NCBI GenBank assembly: GCA_963720465.1 | Contig: OY970393.1 | Location: 608,001-672,000 of the forward strand | Reading direction: 5' to 3' | DNA from: Methanobacteriota archaeon | Lineage (GTDB): Archaea > Halobacteriota > Bog-38 > Methanoflorentales > Methanoflorentaceae | DNA length: 64,000 nucleotides | Shown here: positions 1 to 10,054 of the stretch, piece after piece | How the letters are laid out: each line of letters opens with the position of its first letter | How positions within the stretch are numbered: position 1 is the first letter of the stretch | Position numbers and translations under genes: made by a program | The notes under the pieces: model-generated | Seen by the model: only the letters and a program-made list of their open reading frames with translations | The model's database searches: none | Told to the model about the DNA's origin: nothing

Positions 1-714
1 CTCTTCGCAGCAATCACCATCATCGCGGCCAGGGTGATTGAGACGTTTCTGGATCGGTACTTGCGCCAGGCTGCGATAAGACTGAGAGTAAGCGCCACCA
101 AGTACATTGCTCTTCGACGGCTTGTCATCGCGGCAGTCTACGTAACCGGCCTCATCATTATAATCGAATCAACGCCGCAGCTACAATCGCTGTCTATCGC
201 TATTTTTGCTAGCGTCAGCATTGTCGGCATCGTCATCGGAATCGCCGCCCAAAGCACCATTTCGAATATCATCGCAGGAGTCGCTATTGTCATATCCAAA
301 CCATTTGGAGTTGGTGATTTTGTTACCGTGCGCGGAGAATCCGGCTTTGTAGAGGACATCACCTTCAGGCATACCGTTATTCGCCTCCTCGATGCCCACA
401 TGATCATTCCGAATTCATCGATAACGAGCGACGTCGTTTTCAACCACTCTGATTCTACCATAGCAGCTCGAATAGATATTCGCATTTCCTACGATTCAGA
501 CTTGCGCCTAGCAAAGCAGATCATTCGGCACGAAGCGGAAAAAGCAGCAGCGATCAACCAGCAGACAATTGAAGTGATTGTATCAAAAACAGATGAACAA
601 GGGGTCACGTTTTCGCTCTTCTTCAGGTTGGAAGAGTCACCTTTCAATTGCGTAAGCGACCTCCGCGAAGCAATCGTTCTCCGACTTTTGAGCGAGCACG
701 TGACGATCAGTTAA
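1..714 (+). CDS. Small-conductance mechanosensitive channel (MscS family), 5'-partial
   Basis: Frame is open from base 1. TM helices, GIAAQSTISNIIAG and KPFGVGDFV...GFVEDITFRHT...IIPNS motifs. Confidence 0.9.
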   Translation, partial: LFAAITIIAARVIETFLDRYLRQAAIRLRVSATKYIALRRLVIAAVYVTGLIIIIESTPQLQSLSIAIFASVSIVGIVIGIAAQSTISNIIAGVAIVISKPFGVGDFVTVRGESGFVEDITFRHTVIRLLDAHMIIPNSSITSDVVFNHSDSTIAARIDIRISYDSDLRLAKQIIRHEAEKAAAINQQTIEVIVSKTDEQGVTFSLFFRLEESPFNCVSDLREAIVLRLLSEHVTIS

Positions 715-795
715 CCTCTATTCGATCGAGAAGCCGTTTTCGTCGCCCAGCCGCAACGGTTCAGCTGAAGGGTCGATGAGAACTGATTCTAAATT

Positions 796-2112
796 TCACA
801 AGAGCAACAGATAGATAATCACCGCTGCAATAGCGCCGGCAGCAGTCGCCAAGAAATTGACCGAGCTGTTAGTCAAATAGTGCCGCCTTTCTAATACCGC
901 CCCCAAAACGCTGTCAAAGTTGGCTCCAAAAAAACCGCCGAGAATGACAGGAACCGCCATGCTGAAGGCTGCAAGTCCAAGCGCAACACCGATAATCGCT
1001 ATCGCTCCAGCTCCGGCCAGGGCAGAGTACTCTCCCAGCGTCGTTATCCCACCGTCGGTACCGTGCGGTACCCGCCTCAGGTCGGTGATCAACCGCGGCA
1101 GCTTCTTGTGGGTCTGTCCGATCTCGCTCGCGAGGGTATCACCTGTGGCTGTCGCTACGGCACCAATGTACGCGACGACAAATAGCGCGTTGCCCGTGAT
1201 CCCGAAAGCGATGGCACAAATAAGCGCCACAAGTCCATTTCCAAAGACATTCCCATACCCCCGCGCGCCACCCCCCTCTTGCGCGATGCCGATAGCGCGC
1301 TTATAATCGTACTTGTATTTCGTAAAAATTCCGCCAATGACGAAGAACGAGAGGATGAGCACAAACCACCGAAAGTCCGTGAAAGAGACTATAAGGAGGC
1401 CCATCAGAATGCCGCTGAGAACTCCTGAGATGTCTGCCAATCTGACCCGCCCGAGGGCGTAGCCGATGAGTATCATGAAGAGGAGGGTCAAAAGAAGTCG
1501 TAGCACCGGCACTGAGTAGTCGACTCCGACGAAGAACCATATAGCAAAGCCGATACCGAGTGGCACGACCACATTCTCTTCTATGTCGTGCAAAATGGTC
1601 CGCAATAGTGCTCCCACAAGCGCGCCGATCATAGCAATAAAAAGCAAGAAGTCCGCCGAAGTGTTCACGCCCGTGAACGTAGCAGCAGCCCCTCCAACCA
1701 GAAGCCCAAAAAACCCGCCTGACAGTATGAAAATCAAACTGCTGGTTAAGCCGCCGTACGATTCAAAGAGCACAGCTAGAACTTCAGCCAACGTTACAAT
1801 TATGATAACGTCGCTCACTACATACAGTGGCAAGCTAGAGACTACGCTAAATATGCACAACGCCGTCAAAGATAAGGTGAGAGCTAGTGGCTTGATAAGC
1901 ACTTCAGATTTTCGATCCGGCACCGTTGCGAGCAGCATGAAAACGTGCATCTTGGGGTTAACGAGAGCAATCAACAAAGATAAAAACAAAAAGAAGAAAA
2001 GGGATCCCGTGCTCCCCAAGAACGGAACAACCAGGGCGACCAACCCAAAACTCGCGCGAAGTGTCAGTCTGCGTGCTTCAACAATGTTCACGCTAATCCC
2101 CTTTTGGTTCAC
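796..2112 (-). CDS. DUF92/TMEM19-family membrane protein (TIGR00297-like)
   Basis: Polytopic. GARGYGNVFGNG, ATATGDTLASEIG, VPHGTDGGIT and DSVLGAVLE...NSSVNF motifs. Confidence 0.88.
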   Translation of the reverse strand: MNQKGISVNIVEARRLTLRASFGLVALVVPFLGSTGSLFFFLFLSLLIALVNPKMHVFMLLATVPDRKSEVLIKPLALTLSLTALCIFSVVSSLPLYVVSDVIIIVTLAEVLAVLFESYGGLTSSLIFILSGGFFGLLVGGAAATFTGVNTSADFLLFIAMIGALVGALLRTILHDIEENVVVPLGIGFAIWFFVGVDYSVPVLRLLLTLLFMILIGYALGRVRLADISGVLSGILMGLLIVSFTDFRWFVLILSFFVIGGIFTKYKYDYKRAIGIAQEGGGARGYGNVFGNGLVALICAIAFGITGNALFVVAYIGAVATATGDTLASEIGQTHKKLPRLITDLRRVPHGTDGGITTLGEYSALAGAGAIAIIGVALGLAAFSMAVPVILGGFFGANFDSVLGAVLERRHYLTNSSVNFLATAAGAIAAVIIYLLLL

Positions 2113-2185
2113 GCTGGAAGTACTTTACGTTTGCGTCGGTCAGCTAGAGAGTAGATAAAGCTGCAAAACTGAGAAAGGACAAAGG

Positions 2186-2824
2186 ATGATCTCAAACCTT
2201 TACGAACGACGACTTCTCGATCAGATTCGAGAAGTACCGCGACACGTGGCACTCATCATCGCCGAAAAGGATCTCGATACCGCCGACGCTTACAAGAGGA
2301 TTGGCGCCTTCGCCTCGTGGTGCAACGAGATTGGTATAAGTCGCGTGACCATCTACATAAACATGCTGCGCTTTGGAGAAGAGGTAAATCAACGACTGCG
2401 GTCGCAGATCGTCCAAAGGATTACTAACTATCTTCAATCTACGTCAGTGGCCGCCACTATCTACTCACCTGACGCTCCTGAAACGATTAGCCGCGAGGAA
2501 ACCCCTGTTATGAGCATCTCGATCGGATATGGAGGCAAAAAAGAGCTAGTCGATGCCATTCGGTCGATAGCGCAAGAGGTCCGGAACAAGGAGCTATGTG
2601 CTGACGAGATATCCGAGGACACTATTAGCTCGCATCTCATTTTCAAGGAAGAGCCTGAACTCGTTATACGCACGGGCGAGAATCGTTTGACCGATTTCTT
2701 GATATGGCAAGCGGTTTATTCTGAATTGTACTTTACCGAAGTCAACTGGGCGAATTTCAGAAGAATGGATTTGCTCAGGGCCATCCGCGACTATCAAAAA
2801 AGACAACGACGGCACGGGGTGTGA
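2186..2824 (+). CDS. Cis-prenyltransferase-like subunit (NgBR/Nus1-like, non-catalytic P-loop)
   Basis: PRHVALII, SIGYGGKKELVDA and RLTDFLIWQAVYSELYF motifs. Lacks DGNRR, ends in RxG (RRHGV). Confidence 0.85.
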   Translation: MISNLYERRLLDQIREVPRHVALIIAEKDLDTADAYKRIGAFASWCNEIGISRVTIYINMLRFGEEVNQRLRSQIVQRITNYLQSTSVAATIYSPDAPETISREETPVMSISIGYGGKKELVDAIRSIAQEVRNKELCADEISEDTISSHLIFKEEPELVIRTGENRLTDFLIWQAVYSELYFTEVNWANFRRMDLLRAIRDYQKRQRRHGV

Positions 2825-2951
2825 AGGCGCGACGGCCTATCTGTAGCGCACATCCGATTTCGACCGTCGACAATAACCACCACGCGAACAGGGAGCAGCC
2901 CGAGTAAACCTCTAACTTGACTGCTCTGAACTGCTAAGCTATGCAAACAGT

Positions 2952-3923
2952 ATGAATTTCGCAATCAAAGTGCTGACTTCGATCAGATTTGCAGTTGCTA
3001 CGATAGGCGTGATTATACTCGTCTCGGTTGTCGGTACACTTTACCCTGGTGGCGACATAGTTTTTGGAAGCCCTTTGTTTCTCGCTCTTATTGGGATCCT
3101 TGCGATATCAACCGCTCTGTGCAGCCTTACGAGGATCATTCCCTTGTGGCGCGATGTAAGACGACCTCAAGTAGAGGTAAGTGATCACTTCATTCAGGCG
3201 CTCCCGTACTCCGTGCACCTTTCGGGCGTCACGCTTACCCAAGTCAGAGACAGTTTGAAGGGCTACGTGATCCGCGAAACACGAACTGGGAAAACAACCT
3301 TTTTGTTTGCTCAGAAGGGGCGGGTCGGTAGATTCGGACCTCACATCGCGCATTTTGGAGTGTTAATACTATTGCTTGGCGTTGCCGTTGGAGCCGCTTA
3401 TGGAAATGCAAACCCATACAACAACAAAATTGCAGTCATTCAAAAAGGCGGTTCGCAGCAAGTTGATGGCTTCGCCTTGCGACTCGACGATTTTAACATC
3501 AGCTATTACAATAACGGTGCCGTACGAGACTACACGGCTACGGTAACCGTGCTAGATGGAAACCTTATCCAGACTTACAACGTCACAGTCAACGGGCCGC
3601 TGACGTACAAAGGGCTCACTTTCTACCTTTATGGGTACGGAGTGACACAGTCCGGAAACGCCTGGGTCGCGTTTCAAATCAAAAGCACGTCAGGACTCCC
3701 ATTCGTGTGGGTCGGAGCAGCGGTCGCATTAGTGGGGATAATGCTATCGCTTTACGTCCCACACAAGCGAATTTGGATCAAGGAGTCTGACCAGAGCACG
3801 CAGCTCGGCGCGATTAGTAACAAAAGCTCAGCAAGGTTTTTTAGGGAGATTGAGGACGTGCGCACAAAGCTGGAGAGCCACGCTCATAGAGTTGACGGAA
3901 CGACCAGATCAGAAGAAATATGA
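2952..3923 (+). CDS. resB: Cytochrome c biogenesis protein CcsB/ResB (System II)
   Basis: SIRFAV..SVVGTL, CSLTR, AQKGRVGRFGPHIAH (TM His), VTVNGPLTYKG and LSLYVPHKRIW motifs. Confidence 0.85.
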   Translation: MNFAIKVLTSIRFAVATIGVIILVSVVGTLYPGGDIVFGSPLFLALIGILAISTALCSLTRIIPLWRDVRRPQVEVSDHFIQALPYSVHLSGVTLTQVRDSLKGYVIRETRTGKTTFLFAQKGRVGRFGPHIAHFGVLILLLGVAVGAAYGNANPYNNKIAVIQKGGSQQVDGFALRLDDFNISYYNNGAVRDYTATVTVLDGNLIQTYNVTVNGPLTYKGLTFYLYGYGVTQSGNAWVAFQIKSTSGLPFVWVGAAVALVGIMLSLYVPHKRIWIKESDQSTQLGAISNKSSARFFREIEDVRTKLESHAHRVDGTTRSEEI

Positions 3924-3939
3924 AGTAGCGTTGAACTGA

Positions 3940-5022
3940 GTGGAACGACCCATGGACGCAGTAGCTCTTGAACATCTTGGATTCGAAATTGCACTTGGAA
4001 CCTATCTGATTTCGTCTATCCTTTTTATCCTATATTTTTCAATAAAAAAGCGACGACTCGCAGAGATGGGATTTACCCTAGCACTTTTTGGATTCGCATT
4101 TCAAACTCTTGCACTTGCGTCCCGATGGCTGTACGCGGGCTACCCTCCGTGGGTAAGCACCTATGAAGTGATGTCATTTTTTGCGTGGGCTGTCATGGGC
4201 GCCTATGTGATCTTGAACCTCAAATCTGACTATAAGAGTGCAGGAGTGCTGATCGCGCCGCTCGCATTCGTACTGCTCGGCTTCGCCTCTATGCAACCGA
4301 CAAACCCCGCTCCGCTTATCCCAGCACTGCAGAGCGTTTGGATCTTTATACACGTGCCAATCATTATTCTAGCGTACTGCGCATTCGTCATCGCTTTCGT
4401 AGCGAGTTTGCTGTATTTGTTCAAAGACAAACAGCTAACCGAGGCGCGTATGACAGAAGGCTTGAACCGTCAGAGAGACGTCGCCTCTAAGGACAACGCT
4501 CCGCCCTCAGGGACGCCCGCTTCGACGGGCATCCTTGCAAACTTCAGTCTGGAGCAGCTCGATGACTTAGCATATAAAAGCGTCGCAGTAGGATTTCCCC
4601 TCCTCACTATCGGCATAATAACCGGAGCGATTTGGGCTGAGAGCGCCTGGGGAAGCTACTGGAGCTGGGATCCCATAGAGACGTGGGCGCTGATCACATG
4701 GTTCGTATTTCTCATCTATTTGCACGCAAAAACACAGAACTGGAGCGCTTCTCTTGCCGCTTATATCGCCGCGTTTGGATTCATTTCGGCCATCTGCACG
4801 TTTCTTGGCGTCGGGTACGTCCTTCCGTTTCTCCAAACTTACATAAGCTTAAGTACCGGCTTACACGGGTATGCCGGCGGCGGCGCGATCAGCGGTACGG
4901 TGCTTTTCTGTGGGATTCTAGTCGCAGTGCTCTTACTGTTAATCGCGACGCGAAAAAAACCACCGAACGCCACGCGTGCGCCGCCAGCTCAAACAGACGC
5001 TGAATCTGGACCAACGCCTTAG
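3940..5022 (+). CDS. ccsA: Cytochrome c synthase CcsA/ResC (System II)
   Basis: PALQSVWIFIHV, WWD domain GAIWAESAWGSYWSWDPIETW, IYLH and GLHGY. Follows resB. Confidence 0.9.
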   Translation: MERPMDAVALEHLGFEIALGTYLISSILFILYFSIKKRRLAEMGFTLALFGFAFQTLALASRWLYAGYPPWVSTYEVMSFFAWAVMGAYVILNLKSDYKSAGVLIAPLAFVLLGFASMQPTNPAPLIPALQSVWIFIHVPIIILAYCAFVIAFVASLLYLFKDKQLTEARMTEGLNRQRDVASKDNAPPSGTPASTGILANFSLEQLDDLAYKSVAVGFPLLTIGIITGAIWAESAWGSYWSWDPIETWALITWFVFLIYLHAKTQNWSASLAAYIAAFGFISAICTFLGVGYVLPFLQTYISLSTGLHGYAGGGAISGTVLFCGILVAVLLLLIATRKKPPNATRAPPAQTDAESGPTP

Positions 5023-5612
5023 TCACACAGCTTGTTCTTGTTTAATATTTCAACGTCTTCTAAGCTGTTAATGTTCACGAAAGTGCACAAACCGGGGTCT
5101 ATGAGGCGGATCTCATCTTTTGGAACGTAGTTAACCTGGAGCTGATCAACGACGTACATTATAGCCCCCTTACGCCTCTGGATCGCCACCTTCGCCGCCC
5201 GAATCGTCGTTTCACGCCTGTATACCGCGTGCAATGGTTCCGGCGGATACGGAATAGCTACGTCATACCCTACCGCCCTATGAAACAGCAAGTCGACGAC
5301 ATCGGCCTTTATAAAAGGCATATCGCAGGCAGCGACAAATGCGTATTGAGAGCTGGACGCACTTAACCCGCTGCAAATACCCGCCACAGGGCCGAAATCT
5401 CGAACCTGGTCGCGCACGATGGTGACTCCGGTGAGGTGCAGCTTCTTTTGCTGCTCCTCATCTCTCGCAACAACGATAATCTCGTCAACGCAGCCCGAGA
5501 ACGTTTCGATAATGTGGTTCAGTATCGGTTTTCCGCGCAGTTCAAGCAGCGCCTTTTCGGCAAAATTGAGTCTGGAACCTTTGCCTCCCGCAAGTATGAC
5601 CGCAGTTCTCAT
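5019..5612 (-). CDS. mobA: Molybdenum cofactor guanylyltransferase
   Basis: VILAGGKGSRL..EKA, GPVAGI, ACDMPF, EPLHAVY and FVNIN motifs. Confidence 0.9.
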   Translation of the reverse strand: MRTAVILAGGKGSRLNFAEKALLELRGKPILNHIIETFSGCVDEIIVVARDEEQQKKLHLTGVTIVRDQVRDFGPVAGICSGLSASSSQYAFVAACDMPFIKADVVDLLFHRAVGYDVAIPYPPEPLHAVYRRETTIRAAKVAIQRRKGAIMYVVDQLQVNYVPKDEIRLIDPGLCTFVNINSLEDVEILNKNKLCD

Positions 5613-6556
5613 CAGTCGTTATTAGCTTTGATTCCCGGGACAAAGTCTCGCAGGATCTCCCCTACTTCTTCGTGAGTAATGACGCAAGCTTTTCGTGAGA
5701 GTCTGAATACCTCTTCCACTTCGACTTTGCCTATCTCGTTGAGAAAAGAGAATGCGCGCTGAACGATGCTGATTCTGCGCTCGCGCTCCCTCTCTTGAAA
5801 TGTCCGGATAGCTCTGAGAAGATCAATTCTTCGAAATTCCGGCCAATATGGGGCACAAAAATACGAACAACACTCGTTGCCACTCGCCTGCCACGGCAAG
5901 AAGTTCGACGTGCGCGCTTCGCCGCCTGATCGGATAATAAGATCAACATCAGCGAGTGCATTGTTGTTGTAGAAAAGCTTTGTGAGCATATCTTCATCGA
6001 TTTCGTCAACGCTTATGGTGTTGTTCTCCACCAGCGTAGCCAAGGACCGCACGACATCGACTATCTCCTTTCGCCCCCCATAAGCCAGAGCAAAGTTCAA
6101 GGAGTGCTTTCTGAAGTGACGCGTGGCTTCTTCCACGCGCTCGACGGACCTCAGCACGCCCTCGGGCAACAGCTCACGTTCTCCGATCACTCGGACCTGG
6201 ACCTCTTTTTGGTAGATTTGCTCTTCATTGTAGAGATCAGCAAACCTTTGTTCGAAAAGCGAGAACAACGGTACGAGCTCTTCTTTCGAGCGATGGTAGT
6301 TTTCGGTTGAAAAGGCATAAAGCGTCAATTGTTCGATTCCGAGATCCAGACACCACCACAAGACCCGCTCAGTCATCAACGCTCCATAAACGTGGCCATA
6401 CGCGCGTGGTTCGCCTACCTTGTCTGCATATCGTCGATTGCCATCCTGTATTATGGCGACGTGGTGGGGCATCTGGGCTGACCTCACCTCTCTGACCAAA
6501 AGCCGTTCGTAAGCTTTGTACAGTGAGTTATGCGCGTTTTGTCTGATCCACGACAT
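5612..6556 (-). CDS. uppS: Polyprenyl diphosphate synthase (catalytic cis-prenyltransferase)
   Basis: HVAIIQDGNRRY, YAFSTEN and RSGGEARTSNFLPWQ motifs. Start placed at ATG 6556 to avoid overlap. Confidence 0.92.
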   Translation of the reverse strand: MSWIRQNAHNSLYKAYERLLVREVRSAQMPHHVAIIQDGNRRYADKVGEPRAYGHVYGALMTERVLWWCLDLGIEQLTLYAFSTENYHRSKEELVPLFSLFEQRFADLYNEEQIYQKEVQVRVIGERELLPEGVLRSVERVEEATRHFRKHSLNFALAYGGRKEIVDVVRSLATLVENNTISVDEIDEDMLTKLFYNNNALADVDLIIRSGGEARTSNFLPWQASGNECCSYFCAPYWPEFRRIDLLRAIRTFQERERERRISIVQRAFSFLNEIGKVEVEEVFRLSRKACVITHEEVGEILRDFVPGIKANND

Positions 6557-6563
6557 AAAGCCT

Positions 6564-6905
6564 CTAAGACACGATATCCTCGGCAAGGGAGACAAGCCCA
6601 TTTTCTTCGCTCAGGAGCGACCGAACGACGTCCTTGTATGAGTCTTTTAGCGAATAGACGTTGTGATTTTTTGTGACATCTATTCTGAAGATGCCCAATC
6701 GAGTATTCATAAGCCCTACCATGGCGGAAACTCCTCGATAGCTTACGTCGTACCCACCGTCCCTCAAATGTTGATAAACCTCCTCAGTTGTGAAGATGTG
6801 CTTTTCGAGAAACAGTTCAAGCACGGCCCTTCGCACCCCTTGCCCATCTCGCTCAAGATAATTCTTCAGTCGGTTCTCAACATTTTTGCCGTTCAGCGCA
6901 ATCAC
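6564..6905 (-). CDS. DUF2551-family winged-helix-like protein
   Basis: RLKNYLERD.GVRRAVL and VSYRGVSAMVGLMNTRLGI, typical of this methanogen family. Confidence 0.8.
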   Translation of the reverse strand: MIALNGKNVENRLKNYLERDGQGVRRAVLELFLEKHIFTTEEVYQHLRDGGYDVSYRGVSAMVGLMNTRLGIFRIDVTKNHNVYSLKDSYKDVVRSLLSEENGLVSLAEDIVS

Positions 6906-6938
6906 ATCCGGGGCGATAGTAAGTCAGCGCGGAAGTAT

Positions 6939-7946
6939 TTACGTTTTCGGTTTTAAACAATAACTCAGGGGCGTTACTTCAACCACCGTCCCGTCCGGAT
7001 ACGTCTCTACGACGCGCGCTGCCTCGGCCAGCACCAGATTTTTTTTTGCAAGCTGTAGCGCTAATTGCCAAGACATGTGCACCTCGCCATCAACAATCGC
7101 GTAGTCGTCTTTAAGAATGCCTGAAAGACAATCGAAACTCGGCACCGACTCTACAACAGCAAATACGAGTGTACCGTCCTGGGTGACTTCATCGAACGGT
7201 CTAGCTAAACGCCGCGCTTTACGCTTAAATCGTTCTCTAAGCTGGACGCTGTCTTTTGATGCCGATGTACAGAAATACGTCGGCACCTCATCGTTCGCAA
7301 TCTCATCGGCCATCTTTCGGCTACCGACGGCGGCATAGCCAGATTCAACCGGGACAAAGCCTGCAGCGGTCATAGCCTTATAGTTTGTTTCAGAAAACTC
7401 GAGTTCATTAAGATTCAGGAAGCCGGAAACCTCTTTGAGAGCGTTTAAAATCGCAGGGACGGGCTTGATGGCTGGAATCTCGACGCCAGCCTCCAAACCG
7501 AGTGTCTTGGCATATTTAAGCGCCTCGCAATATTGAGAGGATGCAAAGTTGTTCCACTCCTCGATCGGTGGATGAATGCGGATTTCATCCAATCCTGCAC
7601 GAGCAAGCACGCGGAGAGTGTGCCCCGAGGGAGCAAGAGAGCTGTAAAGGTGAATATGGTGCTGCGGTCCGAACTCACTTTTCAAGAGTTTCATGTAATG
7701 TAGGACTCTCGCGAGAGCCAACAACGGTTCGCCCCCGGTGATACCTGTCCCGAGCGCGTCCATGGAACGTGCCTCTACTATAAGATCAGTATCGCATTTC
7801 ACGAAACGCTCATTCGCATATACAGCGTCTTTTCCCTTCCTGTGTTCAGACAAAGGACAATAAAAACAGCTCCTATAGCATAAGCCGGTGACAAAAAGCA
7901 CCATCTTCGCGCCAAGCTGGCATAACTCGCATCCTTTGCTATACAC
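6939..7946 (-). CDS. Archaeal radical SAM protein (COG2108-like)
   Basis: KGCELC.LGAKMVLFVTGLCYRSCFYCP (CxxxCxxC), GITGGEPL and LNLNELEFSETN motifs. Confidence 0.85.
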   Translation of the reverse strand: MYSKGCELCQLGAKMVLFVTGLCYRSCFYCPLSEHRKGKDAVYANERFVKCDTDLIVEARSMDALGTGITGGEPLLALARVLHYMKLLKSEFGPQHHIHLYSSLAPSGHTLRVLARAGLDEIRIHPPIEEWNNFASSQYCEALKYAKTLGLEAGVEIPAIKPVPAILNALKEVSGFLNLNELEFSETNYKAMTAAGFVPVESGYAAVGSRKMADEIANDEVPTYFCTSASKDSVQLRERFKRKARRLARPFDEVTQDGTLVFAVVESVPSFDCLSGILKDDYAIVDGEVHMSWQLALQLAKKNLVLAEAARVVETYPDGTVVEVTPLSYCLKPKT

Positions 7947-8156
7947 GGCTCCCTCGGAACCTGACTCACTTCAAGCGGCTCAGTAAGCCTGCGTCGTCCT
8001 CTGTTCTTTGACGCAAACGTAGCTCGCCCTCTATAGAATAACTGCCCCGTTATCACGTAAAAACTTAAGTATAATCGTGTTGAGGGGTTTGTAGCGCCGT
8101 TGCGCAAGCCAGATGCATAGGGAGCCCTGCGTGGCCCGTGCTTGGAGGCTGCCGTT

Positions 8157-9749
8157 TTGAAAAAGATTCCAACGAGCGAAATACTGCGAATCAAAGAAAA
8201 AAGCTTCGAAGAGGCGTGGAAATACGGCGGTGAACTGCTTGATGATGGGAGCACCTACGACCTACGTCGGATAGAGCAAGCCCCCTCGCGGGGCGCGCCG
8301 CACGCGCTGAACGATCTCATCGAGAAAATGCGGCAACGACTGCTGGAGTTGGGGTTCGACGAGGTAATCAACGAGACGATATTTCCCGAAGCGGACATAA
8401 TGAAGCAGTGGGGGCCGACCGGTTTTGCCATACTCGACAGATGCTACTATCTCGCTGCTCTGCCTAGGCCCGACGTCGGTTTGAGTTCGCAGAAGCAGGA
8501 GATGATCAAAAGCTTCGGTATCCACCTACCCCCCAAGAAAGTCGCCGCGCTCCAGTTGACGCTTCACAAACTCAAAACCGGCGAGCTGGAGAGCGATGAG
8601 CTGATTAGAGAGATCGCAAAAGTACTGGATGTCCCCGACGACCGTGCCATACAGGTCTTCGAAGAGGTATTTTTCGAATTCAAGGATTTAAAACCACTGG
8701 CCTCCAACCTGACGCTGCGATCGCACATGACTGCCGCCTGGTTCGATACACTAGCGACCGTCCAGAAATACACCGCCGTACCAATAACGCTTTTCTCCAT
8801 TGGTCCTCGCTACCGAAGAGAGCAGCGTGAGGATGCAACGCACCTTCGAGTGCACGATTCGGCTTCGTGCGTCGTAATGGATGAGGACGTGTCTATTGAT
8901 GTAGGCAAATGGCTAGTCGAGGAGTTCTTGCGGCCGTTCGGATTTGACGATTTTCAATTCAGACGAGTTGCCACCGGCACAGACACCTATTACGCGCCAG
9001 GAAAGCACTACGAGGCTTTTGCATATTCTCCCGACTTTAATGATGCACAGAGCAATGATGCAGGATGGCTCGAAGTAGCCGATTTCGGGTTATACAGCCC
9101 CCTCACACTGGCTAACTATGGCATCGAATATCCGGTAGTGAACTGTGGCATTGGAGTAGAGAGAATCGCAATGATCGCGCACGCGTTTAAGGACATTAGA
9201 ACACTGGTGTACCCACAGTTTTATGGAGAATTCATTTTGACGGACGATGAGCTGGCCAGCCTCATCGCCCTGAAACACATCCCCACAACGCTGCAGGGAG
9301 AAGCGATACAACAAGCAATTGTCAACGTTTGCAAAACGCACGGCGCAGATGCAAGCCCAGTTGAATTCGTAGCGTGGGAAGGCGAGCTCCTCGACAACTT
9401 CGTCAGAATCACCGTGATTGAGCCTGAAGAGAACACGAAGCTTTGCGGACCTGCCTTTCTGAATGAGGTTTTTGTCAAAGATGGAAACGTTATAGGGGCT
9501 GTAAAGCTCGAAGGCCTTTCGACAGGGATAACGTACATAAAAGCATTCGCAGCCGAAGCTGCGTACGAGATCGAAAAAGCCTTGCAACAGGGGAAGACGA
9601 AACTCGAGGTGCGAGTGCGGATCTCTCGCTCACCAAACGACTTAAACCTACGAATAGATCCAATTGCAACACGATACATAACGAGCCGGAACAAGAAGAT
9701 CGACCTTCGGGGCCCAGTATTCACGACTGTCCGCATGCAAGCCGTTTAA
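8157..9749 (+). CDS. sepS: O-phosphoseryl-tRNA(Cys) synthetase
   Basis: AILDRCYYLAALPRPDVG, LTLRSHMTAAWF, RREQREDATHL and EPEENTKLCGPA motifs. TTG start after GGAGG. Confidence 0.93.
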   Translation: MKKIPTSEILRIKEKSFEEAWKYGGELLDDGSTYDLRRIEQAPSRGAPHALNDLIEKMRQRLLELGFDEVINETIFPEADIMKQWGPTGFAILDRCYYLAALPRPDVGLSSQKQEMIKSFGIHLPPKKVAALQLTLHKLKTGELESDELIREIAKVLDVPDDRAIQVFEEVFFEFKDLKPLASNLTLRSHMTAAWFDTLATVQKYTAVPITLFSIGPRYRREQREDATHLRVHDSASCVVMDEDVSIDVGKWLVEEFLRPFGFDDFQFRRVATGTDTYYAPGKHYEAFAYSPDFNDAQSNDAGWLEVADFGLYSPLTLANYGIEYPVVNCGIGVERIAMIAHAFKDIRTLVYPQFYGEFILTDDELASLIALKHIPTTLQGEAIQQAIVNVCKTHGADASPVEFVAWEGELLDNFVRITVIEPEENTKLCGPAFLNEVFVKDGNVIGAVKLEGLSTGITYIKAFAAEAAYEIEKALQQGKTKLEVRVRISRSPNDLNLRIDPIATRYITSRNKKIDLRGPVFTTVRMQAV

Positions 9750-10016
9750 ATCGACAAGGAAACCTATCCGCGGAATAACACCAAGAAACGAAGGAGATCG
9801 TGAACTGTCGATTCGGCGGGCGAAACGCAACGTTTCGACAGATTATCTGCGGCGCACGCGCCACGCCTTCTTGCTGACTTTGCCCAGCGTGCAAATTCTG
9901 TATCAGCGGTCTGAAGCTATCTTCTTTGCGCCCAAGCCCAGAGTCGGCGAAGGCTCATACGGCTTCGCAATTACGGGGGCGCTCAGAGCAAATAGTTTCT
10001 TATAACATCAACTCAT

Positions 10017-10036
10017 TATTGATAGGCATATCAATA
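10017..10036. promoter_or_regulatory. Perfect palindrome TATTGATA-N4-TATCAATA, candidate RbkR operator
   Basis: Lies between a TATA-like TTCTTATAA (about 9997-10005) and the ATG at 10055 of the HTH-riboflavin kinase. Confidence 0.55.
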
Positions 10037-10054
10037 TTGGTTACTCAAGATTCA

